DNA of 64,000 nt from a virus, in the IMG/VR virus record IMGVR_UViG_3300022562_002256, positions 32,001 through 96,000 of that record, one strand, 5' to 3'. Position 1 is the first letter of the stretch. Each line of letters opens with the position of its first letter. Position numbers and translations under genes: made by a program. The notes under the pieces are model-generated. The model ran no database searches, was not told the DNA's origin, and saw only the letters and a program-made list of their open reading frames with translations. Below are positions 25,486 through 33,281 of the stretch, in pieces.

Positions 25486-25501
25486 TGGCACGCCACGTGC
25501 A
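25486..25501 (+). promoter_or_regulatory. sigma54-type promoter
   Basis: TGGCACGCCACGTGCA; ATG 13 nt downstream. Confidence 0.7.
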
Positions 25502-25514
25502 AGTAGGTTCGGAC

Positions 25515-25724
25515 ATGATGAACACGAGGACCGCGACCCAGCAAGCCTATGCCGACGCAGTAGCGAAATACGGTGCCGCGCGCGACGCCGGTGCGAGCAG
25601 CGAGGAGATCAACGCGCTCTACGCCGAGGTCGCCGAAACCTGGAACGCGGTGCTCGCGGCCGACGAAGCCCCCAAAGACCCGCGCCCCCAACCCCGCCGC
25701 GGACGCCTCAGCAGGAAGTGGTAA
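25515..25724 (+). CDS. Hypothetical helical protein
   Basis: MMNTRTATQQAYADAV... Confidence 0.6.
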   Translation: MMNTRTATQQAYADAVAKYGAARDAGASSEEINALYAEVAETWNAVLAADEAPKDPRPQPRRGRLSRKW

Positions 25725-25726
25725 CA

Positions 25727-25930
25727 ATGCTCACGCAAGACGCACCTATCGGGTTTCTCCGAGCCGCCTACCGTGTGTTGGTGGGTGGCGACCCATGCGG
25801 GCTGACCCGCATGGAAGTCCTTCAAGCGCTCGACCGAGTGGTGTGGACGCCATGGTCCAGTGGGCACGATACAGGCATGCCCCGTCACCCCTCGGGAGCC
25901 GCGCTAGTCGCCAGCATGAACCTGGTGTAG
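25727..25930 (+). CDS. Hypothetical protein
   Basis: 67 aa, AGGAAG upstream. Confidence 0.5.
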   Translation: MLTQDAPIGFLRAAYRVLVGGDPCGLTRMEVLQALDRVVWTPWSSGHDTGMPRHPSGAALVASMNLV

Positions 25931-26634
25931 GTGGCATCGCGGGCCGCAACCCACTTCGCTCCTGACGAGCAAGCTCGCCCCGAACCATAACCGACGATTG
26001 CGGGGCGGAACCATCGATCGGCCGGCACCCATCGTGAGCACCTCGCCCGTGCGGCCGAGAGAATGCGCGCTGCCACCACGAAGCACCGGCGCGTGGACGC
26101 CGCGTCCAGTCCGACGAGCTCGCGGCCGGTAACGCCCCACTTCTTACTTCGGCCGTCCAACCCTCCAATGTTGATTTGGGCGAGGCACACCGAGCGGCAC
26201 CACCGTCGCTTTTGCCCCCCGGCGTCTCGCCATACTGAGCAGTCCCCGACGGCCGCCGGACCCACCCCGCTGTGCACATCTCGTCGAAACCCGCTTTCGT
26301 GGTACGCGATGGTCGCAAGCCCCATGGCGAGGTCCTGTGCGGGCCATGGCCACAACGGCTCGGCGCCGTCATGGCCGACCCGTACCGCCTGCTTTGCAAC
26401 GTCGACGATGGCGCGCGCGATGGTGCCGTACCGCGCCGTCGCCTCCGCAGCGGTCTCGAGTCTTACCCACGCGCGATGCGAGAAAGACCACCGTGGTGGA
26501 TATGCTGCCACATCGAGCGAGCACGTCGGCGCCGCGCGGCTGGTTCCGCATTCGGCGGCGGGCACAACCGAGTAGTGACTGGCACCGGGCGGTGCCAGTG
26601 CCAGCATGATCTGGAGGATCACCGATTCGAGCAT
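25885..26634 (-). CDS. Lysozyme-like lytic transglycosylase, exported
   Basis: LATIAYHESGF (catalytic Glu in ES motif), GD..SVCLAQIN (GLMQ equivalent); hydrophobic N-terminus. Confidence 0.7.
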   Translation of the reverse strand: MLESVILQIMLALAPPGASHYSVVPAAECGTSRAAPTCSLDVAAYPPRWSFSHRAWVRLETAAEATARYGTIARAIVDVAKQAVRVGHDGAEPLWPWPAQDLAMGLATIAYHESGFRRDVHSGVGPAAVGDCSVWRDAGGQKRRWCRSVCLAQINIGGLDGRSKKWGVTGRELVGLDAASTRRCFVVAARILSAARARCSRWVPADRWFRPAIVGYGSGRACSSGAKWVAARDATYTRFMLATSAAPEG

Positions 26635-26729
26635 TTTGGTCTTTCCTGGTTAGTCTCTGTCCATTCGCCGAGTGCGAGGCCGACGTCATTTTTCACCCCG
26701 TCCACGACACGACGAGCGCGCGGATGGTT

Positions 26730-27284
26730 TCATCCGTGGTTCTCGACACGTCCAACCCCCGCGGCGCTGGCATGGCGCGTGACACGGTCCATGAACGCAA
26801 GTAGCGCGGCGACATCGGGATCTGACGCAAGGAGCATGCCGTTGTCGTGCATGAGACGGATACGCCCGGCCGAGCACCATTCCACAGGGTCCAACTCCTC
26901 GGTGGCGTGCGGCGCGGCAGACTGACCAGCGACGAGGCCGAAGCACGTCAAGCGCACAGGCACCGTTACGGCGGGCGGATCACGGTCAACCACATACAGG
27001 CACGGCGGCAGTCCCCCTTCGGCCCATACGGGGGCGCGATACCACCGACCCCCGCGCGAGTAGCCGGTTTCCTCGGCGAGCTCGCGGTACATCGCGTCGA
27101 GCAGCCCCTCGCCCGGCTCTACCTTACCCCCCGGCTGACACCACATCCCAGGTTCCGAGTTGCCGGGTGTGCGCTGCCCGAGCAGCAGATAGGGCCGTCC
27201 GTCCTCGGGGCCGACGCGCACCACGGCGGCGCAAACCACCTCGAGACGCCCGTCGGCGATGAGACGGGGCTCCGGGGCGGTCAC
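26730..27284 (-). CDS. Nudix hydrolase
   Basis: Nudix box GGKVEPGEGLLDAMYRELAEETG. Confidence 0.92.
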   Translation of the reverse strand: MTAPEPRLIADGRLEVVCAAVVRVGPEDGRPYLLLGQRTPGNSEPGMWCQPGGKVEPGEGLLDAMYRELAEETGYSRGGRWYRAPVWAEGGLPPCLYVVDRDPPAVTVPVRLTCFGLVAGQSAAPHATEELDPVEWCSAGRIRLMHDNGMLLASDPDVAALLAFMDRVTRHASAAGVGRVENHG

Positions 27285-27820
27285 GGTGTTACCGCCCGGC
27301 AGATCATGGCGCCCTGCCGGCGGCGCGCACGGCGAGTTTGCTTCTTGTGCCACAGCCGCGAGACACGGCTCTTGTGCCACTCGGCGAGGTCCACGTCGAA
27401 CCCCGTCTTGACCCGTACGCCCACTCGATGGACTTGACCCTTCATGATGGTCCTTTCTAGCACGGGACAGCCGAGGGGCAAACGTTCGGCACGCTTCGCG
27501 CCTCGCCTGATGGTGCGTCGCGGATCTTGCGGCCCAACATACTCTGGACGATCGTCGATCCAAACGACGTGTGCGCCACCCTCGGGCATGTTTTGGTCCA
27601 TCCACCGCTCGAGCGCCTCGCGTTTCCAGCCACCGGCGGCAAAGACAACCGGCATGACGTCGCCCACCGCCCGCCGCACCTCGGCTCCCCGCCGTCCCTC
27701 ATCGGAGCGCCCTGTCAGCATGACGCACGTGTGCCCGCGCGCGAGCATGACACGGGCGAGGTCGCGAAAGACGCCGGGCTCGCGCGTCCACGTGCCATCG
27801 TAGTCGAACACCACGATCAT
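27281..27820 (-). CDS. HAD-superfamily phosphatase
   Basis: FDYDGT, LTGR, conserved K and WIDD motifs. Confidence 0.85.
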   Translation of the reverse strand: MIVVFDYDGTWTREPGVFRDLARVMLARGHTCVMLTGRSDEGRRGAEVRRAVGDVMPVVFAAGGWKREALERWMDQNMPEGGAHVVWIDDRPEYVGPQDPRRTIRRGAKRAERLPLGCPVLERTIMKGQVHRVGVRVKTGFDVDLAEWHKSRVSRLWHKKQTRRARRRQGAMICRAVTP

Positions 27821-28243
27821 GTTTCGCGCGCCACGGTCCACGGCCCCGCGTGATATCGCGCGGACCCGTCCCGCATCAGGCCGGACTCGTTCGCTCTTGC
27901 CACCAGCCAGTCGAGGCGTGCGGCCTTGCTTACGAGCACCAATAGACCCATCGCTACATCATCCGCCGTCGAGCGACCTGTGATGCCGCGCGCTACCGCG
28001 GCGATCCGCCTGTCATCTGTGCTGCAATGCTCGGTGTAGGCCAGTCGCACAAGTTGGACTTCGACCGTCACGGTGGCGGTCATCACGCCCATAGCGCCCC
28101 GCACGGGATCGTGGTTGATCGCGCACTGGATCACGGTGGCCCAGGGGTGTCACAAGGAACATGGCTTGCGACTGAAGGGCGGTGACGTCCGGGGGCACGA
28201 GAACCCCGAGACCCTCGGCTGTTACGTAGGTGGGCTCACTCAT
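27817..28243 (-). pseudogene. Hypothetical gene with apparent +1 shift near 28141
   Basis: MSEPTYV..FLVTPL continues as ATVIQCAINHDP.. in the GC3-rich frame after removing one G; the span is 3n+1. Confidence 0.45.
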
Positions 28244-28691
28244 AAACGCTGTCCTCGTCGGCCACGGCGCCTGGCCCTGGGGTGATCGCCACAATGCCCG
28301 CGTCGTGGGCTGCGAGCAACTCCGCCACCCGCGAGGCGGTCGCCTTGGTGAACACCACAGTGTTTGGCTCGGCATCTTGCTCGGCACACGCCTGAAGGAG
28401 TGCCGCCCTTACCACGTCTCCTGTCAGCCGATACCGTGAAGGCGGCAGCGGTTTCCCCCGCGGCACAGCGATGGCCAGCCAGTCGTACCGCCACCGCCCT
28501 CCGCGGACAGCGAGAATGCGCCCGATCGAGCGCCTGTCTGCCTTCTGCCGCTCGGCCACCACGAGGGCTCGTTCTTCCTGCGTGAATGTCACACTGTCGG
28601 AGTGGTCACCCGTAACCACCAGTGCGCCACGTGGCGCATCGCATGCCACCACCACGCGCGGCGACGGGCGCCAATCATCTCTCATAGCCAT
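28236..28691 (-). CDS. Hypothetical protein
   Basis: 151-aa coupled ORF. Confidence 0.55.
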   Translation of the reverse strand: MAMRDDWRPSPRVVVACDAPRGALVVTGDHSDSVTFTQEERALVVAERQKADRRSIGRILAVRGGRWRYDWLAIAVPRGKPLPPSRYRLTGDVVRAALLQACAEQDAEPNTVVFTKATASRVAELLAAHDAGIVAITPGPGAVADEDSVYE

Positions 28692-28705
28692 CCCCCCGAC
28701 GATAA

Positions 28706-28900
28706 TCACGATCGCGAGCCATGTCGACCCCTCGTGGTGGGGCTCGGCGAACATGGGCCCCGGTGCCCTGGCTCGCGGAGGCACTCAACCTTGCCGTCGG
28801 TGCCAGCGTGAATGACCTTCAGGCAGAACCTCGCGGGCCAGGAGTTGCTGATACGCCTCATCTGCGCTGCACGTCGCGCTTTGCGCTGCCTTCGGTTCAT
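28706..28900 (-). CDS. Small basic protein
   Basis: MNRRQRKARR N-terminus typical of phage peptides. Confidence 0.55.
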   Translation of the reverse strand: MNRRQRKARRAAQMRRISNSWPARFCLKVIHAGTDGKVECLREPGHRGPCSPSPTTRGRHGSRS

Positions 28901-29454
28901 CGGTGCACCCTGCCGCGGTTGCTGTCACGCATCCACCTAACACCCCGGCGGCGTCCGAACCGACGTCGGCCGTTTGGCGGCCTCGGTCCCTCCGATGGCA
29001 GCCAGGCGTCGATCGAACGGCTTAGCCGGCGGAGCCAACACACTTCCCAGGGGCGCACGTCCTCCAGCCACGAGGGGTCAGAGGCGATCTCCGGAGCGTC
29101 GTCGATCGCTTCGTAGGGGTCGTCGTCGCCGCTCCAAAAGCGCCCGTCGCGATCAGGCAGCCACCGCCACGTGGTCGGCCAACCGAGAGCGTGAATCGCC
29201 GCTGTGAGCACGACCGGGTGGACGATGGGGTGGCGCCAAAAACCGAGAAACCCGTCCTCGGTCATACGTGGAGCGTCGTGGTCGATGAAATCGACCACTC
29301 GGTTGATGCGGTTCAGGGCACGCCTCGCCGGCACAGCGTCGGTCCACTCTATGGCCAAAAATGGTCGTGGGCCACTGGGCTGGACCACCGCCAGAAGGCG
29401 CGATGCCGGCGGTGACCGGCGAAAACAAAACCACTCGGCGTAGGGCGGCGTCAC
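28897..29454 (-). CDS. Hypothetical Trp-rich protein
   Basis: 185-aa coupled ORF. Confidence 0.55.
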   Translation of the reverse strand: MTPPYAEWFCFRRSPPASRLLAVVQPSGPRPFLAIEWTDAVPARRALNRINRVVDFIDHDAPRMTEDGFLGFWRHPIVHPVVLTAAIHALGWPTTWRWLPDRDGRFWSGDDDPYEAIDDAPEIASDPSWLEDVRPWEVCWLRRLSRSIDAWLPSEGPRPPNGRRRFGRRRGVRWMRDSNRGRVHR

Positions 29455-29460
29455 GTGCGC

Positions 29461-30993
29461 CTACGTGAGCGGGCGGCTCACGTGGTGAGCCGCTAGGTTC
29501 TCTGCCTGCTGTATGCAGCACCGCACGACCAGCTTGAGCGCGATCCTGACTTCAGCGCGCTCGGCCTTTCGCGGCGCACGGTACTCGGCCAACCATTGTG
29601 CTCGCTGCCCTTCCTCCTGAGCGATATGCAACAACCGCGCCAAGAACTCGCGGTGTGCCTTCCAGTCGCCGCACTGAGGGACGGTCCATCCGACGGGTCG
29701 CCACTCATACCGTACGTTGGCGAGCACGTACGACACCAAGACCGTCTGCGCGAGCACGTCCAGGAAGTTGTCCACATCGGCGGCATCCCGTTGTCCCCCA
29801 GCGAACAGCAGCCACGACACGTTCATCCCGAACCCATCGACGCTTGGGTTTTGGGAAATGAACGACCCGATGGTGCCGTGACGGCACGCCCACTCACGCC
29901 ACTGGGCGCTTTGACCCAGTGTGCGTTCATAGAACGACGCGTCAAGGCCGACGCTATCGACAATCGTGTGGCAAAGCGCCTGCCACACGTCCTCTCGCAC
30001 CATCGCTTGTGCCAATGGCACGCCGGAGCGACCCCGGGATTCGAGTGATGGCGGGGCAAACCTGAACGTGTGCTCGCCATCCCGTGTCCCGGGCTTGGGG
30101 TGAACGAGAAGCTGAGGGTGGCCGTCTCCTGGCGACAGCATCACCGAGTACCTGCGCGCAAGTCGTTTCGCAAGCGCCGTGAGCCGGATGCTCGCCTCGA
30201 TGTCGCTCGAATGCCCGCCAACCCGAACGCGCACCTCGCCGCGGCGCAGCCGGGCTACGATGAATTTGTGGTCCTCGTTTCCCAATTGTGATATGTCTAT
30301 AAGCCACGTGGCGCGGTATGGCCAACCGATCGTGCCGTCGCCGTTCAGGCTCCACCATTCGCCCCCATGCCACACGAACTCGCCGGGCACGTCGACATCA
30401 TCGCCGTAGCCACACCGTTCCCGCCATCGACTCATCGTTTCCCCCAGATCCGGTGTATAGGGGCATGGCCCCCCCACGCCGTCGTCAAGGTCGGTCACGA
30501 TGGCCCGCCCGCCGCCGAATCCCATGTGTGGGTCGGCAGAAGGATCGTAGCGGTTGGTGGCGGCGGAGGTTGGGATTCCCCGCGAAACCTTGCGGGGTGC
30601 AAACAACGCCGGCACGTTCTCGGCGTGGCGCTTATGGTCCTGGCCCGTCTCAAGTGTCGCGCTGACACGCACCTGCCTTTCCCACAGGGCTTCGAGCAAC
30701 TCGTCGAACTGGCACGTGTTGTCGCCCCACCCCTGTTCGATCATGTCGACGCCCAACCCATCGAGCCAGTTCTGCGCGATGGCGGCGTCACGCTTGTCCA
30801 CGTCGGTGATCGAGCCGCAGTCGTTGTATTGCCCGCGCACGGGGAGCGCGCGGAGGTACCACGATCGCTCTCCGTCGCCCACGTCGTCGCCCGCCGGGCC
30901 GAATGGGCTGGACTGGAGGAGCAACAGCCGCACCGGCGTTCCACCCGCGATGGGCAAGCCAGATACCGCACACGTGAAGTCGAATGACCCCAT
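29461..30993 (-). CDS. Conserved-looking phage hypothetical protein
   Basis: MGSFDFTCAVSGLPI..LPVRGQYNDCG N-terminus resembles a recurrent phage family (recalled, not verified). Confidence 0.6.
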   Translation of the reverse strand: MGSFDFTCAVSGLPIAGGTPVRLLLLQSSPFGPAGDDVGDGERSWYLRALPVRGQYNDCGSITDVDKRDAAIAQNWLDGLGVDMIEQGWGDNTCQFDELLEALWERQVRVSATLETGQDHKRHAENVPALFAPRKVSRGIPTSAATNRYDPSADPHMGFGGGRAIVTDLDDGVGGPCPYTPDLGETMSRWRERCGYGDDVDVPGEFVWHGGEWWSLNGDGTIGWPYRATWLIDISQLGNEDHKFIVARLRRGEVRVRVGGHSSDIEASIRLTALAKRLARRYSVMLSPGDGHPQLLVHPKPGTRDGEHTFRFAPPSLESRGRSGVPLAQAMVREDVWQALCHTIVDSVGLDASFYERTLGQSAQWREWACRHGTIGSFISQNPSVDGFGMNVSWLLFAGGQRDAADVDNFLDVLAQTVLVSYVLANVRYEWRPVGWTVPQCGDWKAHREFLARLLHIAQEEGQRAQWLAEYRAPRKAERAEVRIALKLVVRCCIQQAENLAAHHVSRPLT

Positions 30994-31037
30994 AATCGCC
31001 TCTTAGTATCAGGGCCACACGCTGCGGGCCCGTCGCA

Positions 31038-31655
31038 TCACCACAGCCCCAACACACGTGGGACTGCTCGCGTGTCCCCCCGAACGACGGTGGCCAGCGC
31101 TGCCACCGTGGCAGCGACGTCCTCGACGTTGATGAACGCGTCACGTCCGACGGAGTCGACTCCAATGTACCATTGCGCGTGAATGCCACCACTGTTGAGC
31201 GGGGACAGGTGCCACATCTCCTGGGCACCTGTGTGCTCTTGGGCCTCCTCCCATGTCCGCCCGACGACGGCGAGCACGCCGATACGGCGGATAGCAGCCG
31301 CCACGCGCTCGCACCGGCTGAGCGCGGCCTTGACCTGTGCTTCCGTCGGCGATGGGAGCGTCTCCCCCGACAACCGAGCCTCGGCAACCACGTGAGCCAA
31401 ACGCCGCTGCGCCGCCTCCGACAGCCCGCGGACGTCGACCGGCTGACCGGCATACACCAGCAGCCGGTCGACCACGACCATCGCCCCGCCGTACGCCTGG
31501 CATATACGCTGCCATGTCGCCCGATCTCGAGGCCACCTCTTCCCGGTCTCGATGTCGGATAAGTAGGGTGGGCTGACGCTCAACTCGGTGGCGGCGCGAC
31601 GCAGGGTCACACCGCGCAGTTTGCGCGTCTCTCGAAGGTAGGAGCCGGGTGTCAC
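31038..31655 (-). CDS. Xre/Cro-C1 HTH regulator
   Basis: GSYLRETRKLRGVTLRRAATELSVSPPYLSDIETGKR. Confidence 0.9.
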   Translation of the reverse strand: MTPGSYLRETRKLRGVTLRRAATELSVSPPYLSDIETGKRWPRDRATWQRICQAYGGAMVVVDRLLVYAGQPVDVRGLSEAAQRRLAHVVAEARLSGETLPSPTEAQVKAALSRCERVAAAIRRIGVLAVVGRTWEEAQEHTGAQEMWHLSPLNSGGIHAQWYIGVDSVGRDAFINVEDVAATVAALATVVRGDTRAVPRVLGLW

Positions 31656-31661
31656 CCGGCA

Positions 31662-31690
31662 ACGATAACGCTTGTTCGCTGCAATGTCAA
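31662..31690 (-). promoter_or_regulatory. sigma70-type promoter, predicted leaderless
   Basis: TTGACA-17-TATCGT; predicted +1 coincides with the GTG at 31655. Confidence 0.75.
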
Positions 31691-31713
31691 CTTGACTCCG
31701 GCGTTCCCGGGGC

Positions 31714-32940
31714 TTATTCGGCGGGTTTCGCGGCGGAGTCTCCCTTGGTGTGCGACGCGAGGCGCCGCAGGAGCAGGATCGACTCCACCACCTTGGCGAC
31801 AGGTTCGTCTTGAAGGCGCGCTGCCACCTCAGCGAGGTAGGCATGCGACAAATCTGACCCATCACTGAACAGGGCTGCCAGGGTAAGCGGCGGGGCGGGG
31901 GCCGTCGCTTCGACAACGGCTGGCGGCGGTGCCTGTTCGCCCAACAGTTCGGCGCGCTCGCACGCATCAGGCATACCAAAAAGGAGTGGGACCTCCACGC
32001 GCTGAGGGCGCAGGAGAGCCGGGTCGAGCTTTGAGACGTCGTTCACAGTGAGCAGAACCGGCATGGTCGGAAACGACGCCTTGATCATCTCCAGGACAAA
32101 GAGGATCCGTGCGCTCACCGCGTCCATCGGTGAGCGATCGAGGTCATCGATGATGAGAGCGGTCGGCCGCAGTGCGTCAATCATGAACGCAAGCTCGCGT
32201 ACCCCCATGTGAGGCAGCGCGGCGGCGTCGATTTTGAGCGGTCGACCACCTACGCGTTGGGCGAATAATATAGCAAACACGCTCTTGCCGGACCCGGGCT
32301 CACCGACACACAGAAACGTCCTATGGCGCCCGCGTGCCCGCGCGCGGTGGTAGTTGACCACCTGGTGCTCAAGGCGTTCGGTCGCCGCGCGCGTGAGCCG
32401 ATCGAGTCGTAGCGGTGGGACTGGTCCGAACGTCATCTCGTGGCCATACCCCCGGTCGGAAACATCGACGGACATGTACAGCCCATTGGGGTAGCGTTCC
32501 CATAGTCGGTCCACCACCTGGCCAAAGTCGAACTCAGGTGTGTGGTAGAACGACGGTGAGACGGCCCCCCGCCCCCAGTGGTGCTGCTCGAACAGCAGGA
32601 TGTCCTCCCCGCGGCTCGCAAACACCAGGGTCGAATCGTCCACGTCAATAGGCGTGACATCGAACATCGTGTGGAGGTCCGCCATGAAGAACAGCCTCAC
32701 GAACGCCTCCGAAGTGCGCGCGCGGAGGCCATAGCGAGCCACCATGTCCCGCACGTAGGTGTCTTTCCCGCCGCGCATCACCCCCCTTACCGCGTCGACG
32801 ACGGCAAGCGACTTCGTGACTTTCGTCAGCCACGCGTCGTCCTTTTCCGGGAGTTTTTCGGCGATCTTGGTTGCGATTTTGAAAACCAGCTCGATCGTCG
32901 CCCATGCCCGCCCGCGCGTGGGCCTTGTGTTCCCGGTCAT
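31714..32940 (-). CDS. AAA+ ATPase
   Basis: GEPGSGKS, LIIDDLDR, LTVNDVSKLDPALLRPQRV. Confidence 0.9.
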   Translation of the reverse strand: MTGNTRPTRGRAWATIELVFKIATKIAEKLPEKDDAWLTKVTKSLAVVDAVRGVMRGGKDTYVRDMVARYGLRARTSEAFVRLFFMADLHTMFDVTPIDVDDSTLVFASRGEDILLFEQHHWGRGAVSPSFYHTPEFDFGQVVDRLWERYPNGLYMSVDVSDRGYGHEMTFGPVPPLRLDRLTRAATERLEHQVVNYHRARARGRHRTFLCVGEPGSGKSVFAILFAQRVGGRPLKIDAAALPHMGVRELAFMIDALRPTALIIDDLDRSPMDAVSARILFVLEMIKASFPTMPVLLTVNDVSKLDPALLRPQRVEVPLLFGMPDACERAELLGEQAPPPAVVEATAPAPPLTLAALFSDGSDLSHAYLAEVAARLQDEPVAKVVESILLLRRLASHTKGDSAAKPAE

Positions 32941-33281
32941 TGTTCCTCTATCCGTTCACGACGCTCTTGGTTCCACGCCCGCCATGCCCGTCGTCGCGCG
33001 GTCTTCACATCAACCGGCACGTGGCCGACCATAAACTTGTGCTCGCCCGTTGTCACGCCACTGACGAGCGTGATGAGGCACTGCTCGCACCGGCGTGTGT
33101 GCTTGCCGGGCGCGCGCAGTTGGTCGGCGGGGTACGTGCGACACTGCCCACACGCCCCCGTCATGCCACCACCACCGAACGATGGTCCCATCGCGTGCGC
33201 CGCACGCCGCCCGGGCAGCACCGTCCACGTGGCAGCCTTGATGCGCCGGTCGGCAGCGGCAAGATCAATTGTCGGCGTCAT
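32937..33281 (-). CDS. Hypothetical Zn-binding protein
   Basis: CGQC..CEQC. Confidence 0.5.
   Translation of the reverse strand: MTPTIDLAAADRRIKAATWTVLPGRRAAHAMGPSFGGGGMTGACGQCRTYPADQLRAPGKHTRRCEQCLITLVSGVTTGEHKFMVGHVPVDVKTARRRAWRAWNQERRERIEEQ

Noticed and set aside
31714-32940. AAA ATPase as the sigma54 activator
   Set aside because: It has no GAFTGA loop, and its motifs fit classical AAA proteins.
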